A DNA stretch of 59,733 bases from Clostridia bacterium (GTDB lineage Bacteria; Bacillota; Clostridia; TANB77; CAG-508): positions 1 through 59,733 of the forward strand of contig JAAWNJ010000001.1 of NCBI GenBank assembly GCA_022798895.1, written 5' to 3'. Under the pieces are notes generated by a model that was not told where the DNA came from, did not search any database, and saw only the letters and a list, made by a program, of their open reading frames with translations. Each line of letters begins with the position of its first letter. Position 1 is the stretch's first letter. The position numbers were made by a program, and so were the translations under genes. Below are positions 35,373 to 44,562 of this stretch, piece after piece.

Positions 35373-35698
35373 TCCTCTATCTCCACTTCTTCTTTTAAAT
35401 TGATTAATAGTCTTTTTATTTCTTCTTTAGCACTTTCTTCATCATTTTTAGTGGTGTATCTTTCTATTTCTTGAAGATGGTGCTCAATAATAAATTTCAA
35501 GTGTATGTATTGATTGTTTTTTTCTCTCATTCTTTCTGTTTGTGCGCAACTTCTCAATATAACTAATAAATTATAAGTAAAGTCTATTTTATCGTCTGTG
35601 TGTCTTGTATTTTTGTCTACTTCTAATAATTCAACTTTATGTCTTTCTAGCTTATCTAACTCTTGCTCGTAGTATCCTATATACTCTTTTAATTTCAT
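35366..35698 (-). CDS. Hypothetical protein
   Basis: 110 aa ORF. Confidence 0.55.
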   Translation of the reverse strand: MKLKEYIGYYEQELDKLERHKVELLEVDKNTRHTDDKIDFTYNLLVILRSCAQTERMREKNNQYIHLKFIIEHHLQEIERYTTKNDEESAKEEIKRLLINLKEEVEIEEC

Positions 35699-36000
35699 AT
35701 ATTCTCCTTTTCTGTATCTAATAGTTTTTGTAAAACATCAACTGTGTAAGCATGTCTTTTTGCAATTTCTTCATCTTTATCACTAAAATAACATACTTCT
35801 ACTTTTTCTTCTTTGAGTTTATCTTTTATCTTCTCTACTAAACTATCATAAGCTTTTGCTTTAGCTTCCATTTCTCTATATTCTGTTATCACTCTTTCTG
35901 TATCTTCTTTATTCCAATTTGCTTCTTTTGCTAAGTTAGAACATTCTTTCATTGCTTCTTCTATATTGATTTTAGTGTTCATTTTATCTGCTTTTGACAT
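35695..36000 (-). CDS. Hypothetical protein
   Basis: ATG (MSKADKM..) directly after the upstream stop. Confidence 0.5.
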   Translation of the reverse strand: MSKADKMNTKINIEEAMKECSNLAKEANWNKEDTERVITEYREMEAKAKAYDSLVEKIKDKLKEEKVEVCYFSDKDEEIAKRHAYTVDVLQKLLDTEKENI

Positions 36001-36002
36001 AT

Positions 36003-36410
36003 CTATACCTTCAATCTGTAACAATTTGTTTTCCATTGTTCTTTTGTTAGTATTTCTATATTTTTGTATTTTTGAAAGATAAATGCTACTGAACTATGTC
36101 TTACTGCCAATTGCTTTCTGTTTGGAATTAGTATTCCTAGTTTTTCATAACTTTCATCATAAATAACTTCGTATTTTTCATTATCTATTTTGAGCACATC
36201 TCCTGCTTCTATCAAGTCAATTATGTTTTTACTGTGCTTTACCATTTTAGTTTTTAAATAACAGTATCTTATATTTTTATGTTTTTCACATATATAACTG
36301 TCAAATAACATTCCATCTTCAACATCTTCGCCTCTTTCTAATCTTTTTATAAATCTTGCTATACGTCCTTCTTTAGTTCTTACATATTCTCCTGCTTCAA
36401 TATTTTCCAT
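36003..36410 (-). CDS. Hypothetical protein
   Basis: 135 aa; GAGGAG + 9 nt + ATG. Confidence 0.6.
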   Translation of the reverse strand: MENIEAGEYVRTKEGRIARFIKRLERGEDVEDGMLFDSYICEKHKNIRYCYLKTKMVKHSKNIIDLIEAGDVLKIDNEKYEVIYDESYEKLGILIPNRKQLAVRHSSVAFIFQKYKNIEILTKEQWKTNCYRLKV

Positions 36411-36413
36411 TCT

Positions 36414-36959
36414 CTAAATCTCCTCTAGCTCTACTATTACTTTACTCTTATCTGCATACTCAAAACTGTCTATAAAATTAGTTACTATCTTTCTATTGTC
36501 ATCTACTAATACACCTGATTGTACTAATGCGTCTAAAATAAACTTTTTAGCAAAACATATATTATCTAAATCACGCCTTTTATTGCCTTCAATCCAAGTA
36601 AAACGCCCTATTACTGGCTTGTCTATTTTTAGATTACCAAGTTGCTTTCTGATGCACCATTTTATGTATTCCTGTTCTTCTTGTTTTAAATTATTTCCTG
36701 CATGTCTATTGCTATATGCTTTTTTAATAAATTCATTTGCTCCTGCTAGTCTTTTATCTATTTCAAATTTATATTTCATCTTTTGCCTCCTATTCCGTAA
36801 ATTTAATTTTATTTGTGCTATACTTTGTTGTGCAGAAGGTATCCTGTATGGACAATTTGGATCTCCTTGATATTCTTCTTGTTCAATTCCTTGACACCCT
36901 CCACAACATCCTTTTTCTATTGATTTTCTACAGCTTTCTATTAGTTCTGTATATTTCAT
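36414..36959 (-). CDS. RusA-like Holliday junction resolvase with Cys-rich N-terminal extension
   Basis: The C-terminal part ..KRRDLDNICFAKKFILDALVQSGVLVDDNRK.. is RusA-like. An internal AGGAGG + ATG at 36779 could give a 121-aa RusA alone. Confidence 0.6.
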   Translation of the reverse strand: MKYTELIESCRKSIEKGCCGGCQGIEQEEYQGDPNCPYRIPSAQQSIAQIKLNLRNRRQKMKYKFEIDKRLAGANEFIKKAYSNRHAGNNLKQEEQEYIKWCIRKQLGNLKIDKPVIGRFTWIEGNKRRDLDNICFAKKFILDALVQSGVLVDDNRKIVTNFIDSFEYADKSKVIVELEEI

Positions 36960-36962
36960 AAG

Positions 36963-37481
36963 CTAAGCCTCTAATAATTTTTTATTTTCGTAGATATTGC
37001 CTATTATCTCTACATTGTTATATTCTATCGCGTGTCCTAATATATCACTATCAAAATAATAATCTTGAATTGGTTTTACCATAAAATAAGCATATTTTTC
37101 ATTCCATTCAACTATTGCCGTATCTACTTCGCTAAATCTTACTATATCTCCCTCATATATTTCTTTTCCGTTTTTATCGTGTAGTCCTGTGTATTGTCCT
37201 ACTGTTTCTGGTATTACTTCTACTTCTTCATAATCTTCTTCTATGAAACTCCTGTCATTTCTCCCTCTCCTATAGTTTCCATAATACCATTCACCTTTTT
37301 TATATTTTTTACTATTATACCTAACCTGTCCTCTAAATTTATATTCTCTCATATATTCTCCTATAGTCCGTAATTCTTCTAAGGTATATTCTTTTCCTGC
37401 TTCCATCTTTTTGTATTTTGTTTCACTTTTGAATGAAGGCAAATATCCATTAGAATTAAAGCTATTTAACATTATAATCAT
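36963..37481 (-). CDS. YopX-family protein
   Basis: ..YKFRGQ..GEWYYGNY..VIPETVGQYTGLHDKNGKEIYEGDIVRF..IIGNIYEN.. Confidence 0.65.
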   Translation of the reverse strand: MIIMLNSFNSNGYLPSFKSETKYKKMEAGKEYTLEELRTIGEYMREYKFRGQVRYNSKKYKKGEWYYGNYRRGRNDRSFIEEDYEEVEVIPETVGQYTGLHDKNGKEIYEGDIVRFSEVDTAIVEWNEKYAYFMVKPIQDYYFDSDILGHAIEYNNVEIIGNIYENKKLLEA

Positions 37482-37599
37482 CTAAGTCTAAGCCTATATA
37501 GCCATCTTCGTCTATCATACATTCATCTCTTAATGTTCTAATTCTTCCATCTCTGTATGTAACTATATCTCCATCCTTTAAATCACTTTTTGCAAACAT
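37462..37599 (-). CDS. Hypothetical small protein (45 aa)
   Basis: GAAGGAGG + 8 nt + ATG (MFAKSDLKDGDIV..). Confidence 0.45.
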   Translation of the reverse strand: MFAKSDLKDGDIVTYRDGRIRTLRDECMIDEDGYIGLDLDDYNVK

Positions 37600-37728
37600 C
37601 TAAGTTTCCTCCTTCTATTTGTTTTATAATCTCGTCTATTTCCTCTCTTGCTTTCTGATGTTCTTCACATTTTCTGTCTAATTTTGACTTTACAAAAGAT
37701 AAATAGAATATAATTTTCTTGTTTATTT

Positions 37729-38966
37729 CTAACATCTGATTACTCCTTTAAACTCGCTCATTGCTTTATTAAACTTTAGATATACCTTGCCTATCTCACC
37801 TGCTCTTTGCTTTGCTATTTTAAGTGTTACATCTACTATTGTTCCTTCGTCTTCTTTTTCTTGATATAGAAACAATACATTATCGGCATCTTGTTCTATT
37901 GCTCCACTTTCTCGTAAATCTGCCAGACTTGGTTCTTGTCTGTTTGCGTTTCTACTAAGCTGACAAAGTCCGCACAATTGGTATATCTAACTCCAAGCTA
38001 AGTAATTTTAGTGTTCTTGTTATATCTGCCACTTCTTGCTCTCTGTTATTAAATTTGCCTTTATTTTTAATAAGCTGTATATAGTCAATTACAAGTAAAC
38101 CTAAGTTGTTTTTATTCTTTAGCTTTCTTGCTGTATTCTCTATATGCTGTAGTGTTCTCGCATTTGTGATTAGATGAATTGGAAGTTGAGGTAATTCTGC
38201 CGTTGCTATCGCAATTCTTTGCCAATCTACATCTTCTAAGGTTCCCATTCGCATTTTATAACTATTCACTCTTGATTTCTTTGAAATCATTTTCTGTATT
38301 ATTTGAATGTCTGACATTTCTAAGCTAATTATTGCTGTTTCAATACCTTTATGTGCTATATATTCTGCTATTTGTAGTGCTAATGTAGTTTTACCTACTC
38401 CTGGTCTAGCACCAATAATTGTCAATTCCTGCTTATGTAGTCCACAAATTTTATTATCTAAGTCTTGTATTCCGTGTATACAACGAATAGTCCATACCTT
38501 TGTTGCAATCTTCTTCCATTTTCGTTACTACATCTGAAAACTGTTGTGCAAATGTCCTTTCTTTTTCATTAACATGCTCAATTTCGTTAATTTGCTTTAC
38601 AATCTCTTGTGCTAAAATATCTATATTTTCGCAATCTGAAATTTCCATTGTCCTATTTTGTAATAAGTTAAATAGTTTTCTTTTCTTTGATAATTCCATT
38701 AACCTATTGTATATACTATCTGCACTTTCTATTTGCACATAATCCCCTAGTGTTGCTAGATACTTTAACACTTGTCCTTGATTTGCTTTAATTTTAGACT
38801 TTATACTAAACACAGATATTTCTTGCTTTTCTACTTTTAATCCATTTATTACATTTATAATTTTCTGATGTCTATCGCTAACAAAATCATTTTCATCTAG
38901 CAAGTAATCTTCTTGCTTAAATATCACATAATACAGCATTGCTTTTTCTAATTCTTCATCATACAT
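37729..38966 (-). pseudogene. DnaB-type replicative helicase split into three frames
   Basis: N-terminal domain ORF 38454..38966, Walker A ORF (..IIGARPGVGKTT..) 37955..38425, and C-terminal ORF (..CQLSRN..LADLRESGAIEQDAD..) 37729..37977. Together they read as one DnaB with two frame changes. Confidence 0.7.
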
Positions 38967-39474
38967 TTAACTTTCCTTCCTCAATTAATTTTTCTATTGT
39001 AGTCTGCCTTCGCATTAATCTCCCATAATCTTCTTGTGATAATTGCGATGTATCTATCTCTTTGTATTGTTCCTTTTTTGGTTCACTAACAGAAGGCGGT
39101 TTGTATCCATCTTTTCTAGCCCATGTTTTTAGAGTAGCGAAAAAATCTTTATATTTTTTGCCTTTACTCTGTATGTAGTCATCTAATGCTTGTATTCGTT
39201 CTGCATAATCTTTTGGGAAATATGTCTTTACTTTTTCGTATTCTTCATCTGTAAATTTGACATTTCCATTTTCTCCATATTTTTTCTTTATATTTTCTTT
39301 TTTTAAATCATTATCATTTACATTATCATCTTCATTATCATTATCGGCTTTTTTGGGTTCCTGAAAATTCCCTTCGCTTTCTTCAAAACCGTTCGGTTTC
39401 TGAAATATCCTTTTGCTTTCTTGGTCTTCCTCCTCTAGCTCCATTCTCTTTATTCTTTTCACATTTAGCTTCAT
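38959..39474 (-). CDS. Replisome-organizer-like protein, C-terminal part
   Basis: ..VKFTDEEYEKVKTYF..IQALDDYIQSKGKKYKDFFATLKTWARKDG.. Overlaps the 39383..39667 ORF in another frame. Confidence 0.5.
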   Translation of the reverse strand: MKLNVKRIKRMELEEEDQESKRIFQKPNGFEESEGNFQEPKKADNDNEDDNVNDNDLKKENIKKKYGENGNVKFTDEEYEKVKTYFPKDYAERIQALDDYIQSKGKKYKDFFATLKTWARKDGYKPPSVSEPKKEQYKEIDTSQLSQEDYGRLMRRQTTIEKLIEEGKLNV

Positions 39475-39667
39475 ACTTTTCTCTATCTCTATCTAACTGT
39501 GTTTTTATAAAAGAGAAAGCCATTTTTAACATTCCATCTAGCTTAGGTACTTCTCTAGTTTTTTCATACTGATATATTGCTCTCATAAGTTGTCCGATTT
39601 CTTCATCTGACATTAAATTGAATTGTTCTTCATAATCTAAGTACATTAGAAAGCTATTCTTATCCAT
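39383..39667 (-). CDS. Replisome-organizer-like protein, N-terminal part
   Basis: 94 aa ending ..ENGARGGRPRKQK..; AAGGAGA + ATG. Confidence 0.55.
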   Translation of the reverse strand: MDKNSFLMYLDYEEQFNLMSDEEIGQLMRAIYQYEKTREVPKLDGMLKMAFSFIKTQLDRDREKYEAKCEKNKENGARGGRPRKQKDISETERF

Positions 39668-39701
39668 TTGCTTTCTCCTTTCGTGAAATTAGGGCTAAAA
39701 C

Positions 39702-40235
39702 TTATGCAAATCTCCATTTGTAGCCACCTGTTTTATTTCTTTTTTCTCTACAACATGCAGAAATTTTATTACTTCTAATATTCAACATTCTGCCTGCTTC
39801 ACTTGCACTTTTCCACCTTTTAATATAATTATCGTTTAAATCATACTGAATAACTGCTTTTTCTTTGTCTTTTTTATTGCCACCTTTATTACCACCTTTT
39901 CCAACCTTTCCTAATGTTTTCCATGAATATCTTTCGTTTTCTGCATGTGTACACCACTCTAAGTTTTCAATATTATTATTTCCTTTGTTTCCATCTAAAT
40001 GATTTACCTCTAATTTTGGTTTTTCAATAAATGTTTGCGCTACTAAACTATGAACTGTTCTTGTATAACATTTGTCGGAATACAGCTTTACAATCATATA
40101 ACCATCTTTATTTTTTATTTGCTGTATAATTCCTTTTTTCCCTGTTTTATTATAATCTAAAGACATTACCCTTCCAGTATTACTTACTTGATACCTGCCT
40201 TTAAAACCATCTATATCTTTCCATATTTCTTCCAT
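39702..40235 (-). CDS. HNH homing endonuclease (NUMOD4/HNH_3-like)
   Basis: ..WKDIDGFKGRYQVSNTGRV.., ..VNHLDGNKGNNNIENLEWCTHAEN.., and a C-terminal ..ASEAGRMLNI..ISACC.. helix-turn-helix. Confidence 0.75.
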   Translation of the reverse strand: MEEIWKDIDGFKGRYQVSNTGRVMSLDYNKTGKKGIIQQIKNKDGYMIVKLYSDKCYTRTVHSLVAQTFIEKPKLEVNHLDGNKGNNNIENLEWCTHAENERYSWKTLGKVGKGGNKGGNKKDKEKAVIQYDLNDNYIKRWKSASEAGRMLNIRSNKISACCREKRNKTGGYKWRFA

Positions 40236-40390
40236 TAATTAGCACCTCCTAACTTGTTTAATGCTTGTTCTACTGTAAATCTATTATTATTTACACCTCT
40301 ATATATTGTTCCTGCTATTTTAAACATTGTTTTTGTCCAATTTCTTTGCTCTTCTAAAAACTTTTGTAATGATTTTGTATATTCTTCCAT
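40235..40390 (-). CDS. Hypothetical small protein (51 aa)
   Basis: GAAGGGTG + ATG. Its stop overlaps the ATG of the HNH gene. Makes plus ORF 40254..40499 unlikely. Confidence 0.45.
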   Translation of the reverse strand: MEEYTKSLQKFLEEQRNWTKTMFKIAGTIYRGVNNNRFTVEQALNKLGGAN

Positions 40391-40463
40391 AGTAAAAACA
40401 CCCTTCTCAAATATCTTTATCAGACTACTTGAAAACGGTGCAATTTTCCTATATAATGATATA

Positions 40464-40555
40464 AGAATTGCTTTTCAAGCAGTTCACTTATTGCCTTAAA
40501 TTATCTGAACGTTTACCAGACACTGCAGATAGTTTAAGGTTATTTTATTTTTTTA
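40464..40555 (+). ncRNA. Candidate ~90-nt sRNA with consensus promoter and intrinsic terminator
   Basis: TTGAAA (40429-34) - 17 nt - TATAAT (40452-57). Hairpin 40465-40485. 14-bp terminator stem 40494-40539 followed by ttattttattttttt. Confidence 0.55.
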
Positions 40556-40716
40556 ACTATTATTTCTTTCTTTTCCTCGTCTAATATTATTTCTGCCTCG
40601 TATTCTTCCTCACTAAACCCTAAAATTTGAAACCATACATAAGGAATAGGTATTCTTGGGTTTATATTGCCCATTCCACTTTTGTTTAGTATCAATTTCA
40701 CGTTTCTTCCTCCCAT
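40540..40716 (-). CDS. AbrB/SpoVT-type DNA-binding protein
   Basis: MGGRNVKLILNKSGMGNINPRIPIPYVWFQILGF..; GGAAGGGAGG + ATG. Confidence 0.55.
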   Translation of the reverse strand: MGGRNVKLILNKSGMGNINPRIPIPYVWFQILGFSEEEYEAEIILDEEKKEIIVKKIK

Positions 40717-40760
40717 ATAAGGAACCTCCCTTCCATTTGACAAGATTGTTGTGATAATGA

Positions 40761-40910
40761 TATAATCTCATTCATGGAAGGAGTTGAGAGGTTTTAGTAA
40801 CCTCTCTCCTCAAGTCCTTGATAGATTAGTTGTAATTGTTTTTGATTACTTTCTAATCTACGTTTGGCTAGTCTCTTTGCTTGGTAGGCTCTGACTAGCC
40901 TTTTTATTTT
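40761..40910 (+). ncRNA. Candidate antisense RNA covering the 42-aa ORF
   Basis: Extended -10 (TGaTATAAT, 40758-66). Hairpin GAGAGGTT..AACCTCTC. Terminator GGCTAGTC..GACTAGCC + tttttatttt (40866-40910). Confidence 0.4.
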
Positions 40911-40922
40911 GTTCTTAATCAT
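40794..40922 (-). CDS. Basic 42-aa peptide
   Basis: AAGGAGG + 10 nt + ATG. Sequence MIKNKIKRLVRAYQAKRLAKRRLESNQKQLQLIYQGLEERGY. Confidence 0.4.
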   Translation of the reverse strand: MIKNKIKRLVRAYQAKRLAKRRLESNQKQLQLIYQGLEERGY

Positions 40923-41095
40923 AGGACTTTTACCTCCTTTCTCTTAAGATGACTATATCTTATCATTACGTACGTATATTGTCAAGCACTTTTTTGCATT
41001 TTCTTCAAAATATTTTGTAAGTACTGATATTACTGCATTTCCTGATAAACTTTGGTATTTTTATTAAGTTGTCAATGTACTTTATATTAATGATT

Positions 41096-41386
41096 TCATA
41101 AATAACTTTTTCCAAAAATTCTTATAAAATCTTCTCTTGTATGAGTTTCTTCAAATTTTCTTTGTGCAATTTTTTTTAATCTTAAATCTAGTTGTCTTCC
41201 ATTCTTTCCATGTACACCATTTGTTCCTCTATGATGTTCATAGCAGAGTGGAACTTTTAGTCCATATTTTTCACTTAATTTTCTATTTGCTTGTCCAAAA
41301 AATATATGGTGTTCTTCTAAAACTCTTCCTCTTGGTATTTGACAAATAAAACAATGTTCATTATGTTTTTGTATTATTGATTTCAT
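41096..41386 (-). CDS. HNH/zinc-finger nuclease-like protein
   Basis: 96 aa; ..CFIC..EEHHIFFG..PLCYEHHRG..GVHG.. Confidence 0.5.
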   Translation of the reverse strand: MKSIIQKHNEHCFICQIPRGRVLEEHHIFFGQANRKLSEKYGLKVPLCYEHHRGTNGVHGKNGRQLDLRLKKIAQRKFEETHTREDFIRIFGKSYL

Positions 41387-41389
41387 TTC

Positions 41390-41809
41390 TTACACCTCCA
41401 AAGTTGGTATTCCTAATTCACTACATAATTGAATTGTTATGTCTAAAAGTTCTGTCATTTCCTTTGTATTCATTTTTGATGAGCCAATATATACTTTATA
41501 TATGTTGCACTCTTTATCGTTTACAACTTGTTTTCGCATGAATTTGACACCTCTAAAAGTCTTTCTAAGTGCCTCTTCCATTTCTGTAGCTGTTATAATA
41601 TAATCTGATAAAGCATCAGCTCTTTCTAGCAACGTACAATACACTTCCATGTCGTCTTGATTTTGAACTTTTGCTATTTTATGTATTAATTCCCAAAGCA
41701 TTTTATTTTGTTGTAAGCTTCTTGTTGTTTTCTTTTCTTTGACCTCATAGAATTTTGTATTGTCTTGTTCTAATAACCAATTTATCACTTGTTTTTGTGT
41801 TCCTATCAT
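41390..41809 (-). CDS. NinB/Orf-like recombination mediator
   Basis: ..TTRSLQQNKMLWELIHKIA.. resembles the NinB RSLxQN motif. Confidence 0.5.
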   Translation of the reverse strand: MIGTQKQVINWLLEQDNTKFYEVKEKKTTRSLQQNKMLWELIHKIAKVQNQDDMEVYCTLLERADALSDYIITATEMEEALRKTFRGVKFMRKQVVNDKECNIYKVYIGSSKMNTKEMTELLDITIQLCSELGIPTLEV

Positions 41810-41825
41810 ACTAATATTTCCCCTG

Positions 41826-42089
41826 TTAGAATTGTTCTAGTAAATACTTCTTTTCAAAGTCATTTAAATTAAAGTCTTGTATATTGTTCATTTTGTTTTT
41901 GAAATCTTCTTTACTTAAAAATACTTGTGTTTTATTACAACTAAACTTAAATTTCCCATAGCTGTCTATTATAAAGTTTTTATCTGTTTCTTCATAAATC
42001 CTTACTTTTTGTAATTTATATTCACATTCATCGTTAAAATCATTACCAGCTTTATTGTAGATAATTCTCTTAGCTTTTATTGTTTTCAT
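41826..42089 (-). CDS. Hypothetical protein
   Basis: 87 aa; AGGTGAT + ATG. Confidence 0.6.
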   Translation of the reverse strand: MKTIKAKRIIYNKAGNDFNDECEYKLQKVRIYEETDKNFIIDSYGKFKFSCNKTQVFLSKEDFKNKMNNIQDFNLNDFEKKYLLEQF

Positions 42090-42097
42090 TAAATCAC

Positions 42098-42745
42098 CTA
42101 TTTTTGTACTAATTTTTGAAATTCATTGACTATATTCATATAGTCTTTTATTTTGATTTCTGATGTGCTTGTATATCCATATTTGCTTAGTATTTCTAAT
42201 ACTTTTTCATCAGCTATTTGTCTATTTTCTATTGCTTTATCTAAAGACTGTTCTTGTACTTTTGAAATCAATTTAGTTTCACTTTCTTGTGTTTCTATCT
42301 CATCTTTTATTTTTGCATCAGTTTCTGCTGAACTTATTTTGTCTGGGTCTTCCCCAGTTGGAATTGCAAATGTTCTTAGTAACATATACTTGTAAGCATA
42401 AGTCATTGCTTTTCCTACACCCTTATCTTGTGTGTCTACTCCACTTCCATTACTTTCTACTTCTATATAATCTTTCTCATCATCTATATTTTGTATCCTA
42501 TATTTTGTATGAACATTAGTTAGCATATTTACAGACTTGTCTGTTCTTGTAAGTTCTTTATTTTCACTTTCTTGTGTAACTGGCAATATTACAATACCTT
42601 GTTTCACCAATTCATTTCTTACTGCTGTTGTTACCTTTTCTTCTGATATAGCTTTGTACTTAGTTGTTCCAAAAGCTACTTGGTCATCTTTAGCTAAATA
42701 TTCTATATTTTTCATAACTTCATTAATCTTTTCAAAAATATTCAT
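42098..42745 (-). CDS. ERF-family single-strand annealing protein
   Basis: ..DQVAFGTTKYKAISEEKV..GVGKAMTYAYKYMLLRTFAIPTGEDPD.. The ATG overlaps the upstream stop (TAATG). Confidence 0.7.
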   Translation of the reverse strand: MNIFEKINEVMKNIEYLAKDDQVAFGTTKYKAISEEKVTTAVRNELVKQGIVILPVTQESENKELTRTDKSVNMLTNVHTKYRIQNIDDEKDYIEVESNGSGVDTQDKGVGKAMTYAYKYMLLRTFAIPTGEDPDKISSAETDAKIKDEIETQESETKLISKVQEQSLDKAIENRQIADEKVLEILSKYGYTSTSEIKIKDYMNIVNEFQKLVQK

Positions 42746-43011
42746 TAGGCTATCCCCCATTTCTTATCTAAATTTTGTTGATATATCATATCTGCAATTT
42801 CTAAGTCTCTTTCTAAATTTGGAATATCTTCTTCGTCATCTTCTTCAATGTAATTTCCACTAAAGAACCATTCTATAAACATTTCTTTAAATTCTTCTCT
42901 TTCTTGAGAGTTATAATTATCTGTAAATTGTAGTCCACATTTTTTCATTGCATAATCTAAAGCCTCATCTTCTTCGATTGTTTCATTAGTTGTTATATGT
43001 ATATATCTCAT
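42745..43011 (-). CDS. Hypothetical acidic protein
   Basis: 88 aa; AGGGAGGG + ATG. Confidence 0.6.
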   Translation of the reverse strand: MRYIHITTNETIEEDEALDYAMKKCGLQFTDNYNSQEREEFKEMFIEWFFSGNYIEEDDEEDIPNLERDLEIADMIYQQNLDKKWGIA

Positions 43012-43054
43012 AATTCCCTCCCTATTCTGTTATGTTATAGTCTGTTATCATAAG

Positions 43055-43309
43055 CTAGTCCTCCTCATCTTGCATCAAAGCTTCATACCTTTTCTGATAT
43101 TCGTCTGGTTTTAATTCTTTAACTAAATCAATAATTCTTCCATGCTTGCAATTATAGCTATCCATTTGTAATTGTTTTTTATTACTACTTAATTCTGTAT
43201 TATTTATTAGTAGACTTAACAATTCATTTAATCTACCTTTTAACTCATTATTCTCATTATATAAACTTAAATAATCGCTTAATTTTAAAGTTACTTTATT
43301 CTCTTCCAT
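43055..43309 (-). CDS. Hypothetical coiled-coil protein
   Basis: GGAAAGGAAA + ATG (MEENKV..). Confidence 0.5.
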   Translation of the reverse strand: MEENKVTLKLSDYLSLYNENNELKGRLNELLSLLINNTELSSNKKQLQMDSYNCKHGRIIDLVKELKPDEYQKRYEALMQDEED

Positions 43310-43391
43310 TTTCCTTTCCTTTCTTGACTTCTCTATCATATTTATGCTAAACTAATGACAGAGTTCATATATATTTATTTTGAATTTGAAG

Positions 43392-43646
43392 CTAGTTTTT
43401 AGATTGGTAGTCGCAAACTAGTTTCTTTATTTTTGCTAAAACTAACTCTGAACTAAATTGACCTTCAAAACTTAAATCAGCTACATTTTTTAATATTAAT
43501 TTTAAGTTTTCAATTTCATCTCTTAGTCCTGCATTGCTTGTTGATTGTAAACTATCTCTTTTTTTTAAATCCTCAATTAAGCTTTTTTGATTTTTAATTG
43601 TAGTTTCATATTCTGCTATAATTTTGTCCTTCTTTGTTTTAAACAT
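43392..43646 (-). CDS. Hypothetical coiled-coil protein
   Basis: 84 aa; GAAGGAGG..AGGAG + ATG. Confidence 0.6.
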   Translation of the reverse strand: MFKTKKDKIIAEYETTIKNQKSLIEDLKKRDSLQSTSNAGLRDEIENLKLILKNVADLSFEGQFSSELVLAKIKKLVCDYQSKN

Positions 43647-43663
43647 CTCCTACTTCCTCCTTC

Positions 43664-43819
43664 TTATATTTTTCTAGCTTTTGAAGCTATTTTATAAATT
43701 TCGTAAACACTTCTATTGTGTTCGTTTTCTTTTAGCCATTGTCCTATATCTTTTTCTAATCGTGGTATTTTAGTTTCTGTTTCAATTAAGTTCATGATTT
43801 TTATAAAAATGTTATTCAT
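43664..43819 (-). CDS. Hypothetical small protein (51 aa)
   Basis: AAAGGAGGAAA + ATG (MNNIFIKIMNLIETE..). Confidence 0.45.
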   Translation of the reverse strand: MNNIFIKIMNLIETETKIPRLEKDIGQWLKENEHNRSVYEIYKIASKARKI

Positions 43820-43837
43820 AAAGTTTTCCTCCTTTCT

Positions 43838-43930
43838 TTAAAATCCTGCAATAAAGAATATTATCCAAAATGTTGAAAATAGCAGTATTCCTATTGCTTC
43901 TGTTATTTGTTCCTTAGTTTTCTTTTTCAT
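43838..43930 (-). CDS. Small hydrophobic peptide (30 aa)
   Basis: GGAGGAG + 8 nt + ATG. Sequence MKKKTKEQITEAIGILLFSTFWIIFFIAGF. Confidence 0.4.
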   Translation of the reverse strand: MKKKTKEQITEAIGILLFSTFWIIFFIAGF

Positions 43931-43945
43931 TTGTCTCAACTCCTC

Positions 43946-44194
43946 CTATCTTGCTTGAAATCGCTTTATGCTATAAACTTTTGAAGCTTTTTCAATACTA
44001 TGATTTTGATTTTCAAAAGCCTTTTGCTTTCTTGTTTCGTAATATTCTTCATAAGCTTCCCTAAAAACAAAAATATCCTTACCTCTTTGTTCATGTGGAA
44101 GTTTTTTAGCTAAACTATATGCTGCATCTCTTCCGCAATGTTCTAGACCTTGTATTTCTTTTACTTTTAAAAATCTTGATTTTTCTTCTAGCAT
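43946..44194 (-). CDS. Hypothetical DNA-binding-like protein (Xis/MerR-like HTH possible)
   Basis: 82 aa; AAGGAGA + ATG; ..FLKVKEIQGLEHCGRDAAYSLAKKLP.. Confidence 0.45.
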   Translation of the reverse strand: MLEEKSRFLKVKEIQGLEHCGRDAAYSLAKKLPHEQRGKDIFVFREAYEEYYETRKQKAFENQNHSIEKASKVYSIKRFQAR

Positions 44195-44331
44195 TTTCTC
44201 ATCTCCTTTCTTTTTATGTGTTGAGCTGTGGTATTCGATTTTTTATTTACTTATTTGTTGAATTTTGTATTGTTCAGTTATATAATTACCTCATACTTAA
44301 GAGAAAAATATTTTAATTTGTAGAAAGTGAG

Positions 44332-44562
44332 GTGAATATATTGTCTGATAGTACAAATTTATACACTTTTCCTAGTACATCGTATGAAGCACTTGCAATG
44401 CTTTACACTCAGAACCAAGACTTAAAGGGAAAATCTGTACAAGAAATAGCTAAAATTTATTATGATGCTTATTATGAATTTAGATATCAAACTAAAGATA
44501 TAAAAGATAAAGCATCTAAAAAAATTTCACAAAAATTTAACTCAGTTTGTCTAAAATTATGA
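44332..44562 (+). CDS. Hypothetical protein on the plus strand
   Basis: 76 aa. GAGGTG near GTG/TTG starts. Overlaps the 3' end of minus ORF 44537..44662, so one of the two may be false. Confidence 0.35.
   Translation: MNILSDSTNLYTFPSTSYEALAMLYTQNQDLKGKSVQEIAKIYYDAYYEFRYQTKDIKDKASKKISQKFNSVCLKL

Noticed and set aside
40254-40499. A plus-strand 81-aa ORF
   Set aside because: It has no SD and overlaps a well-signalled minus-strand 51-aa gene and the sRNA promoter.
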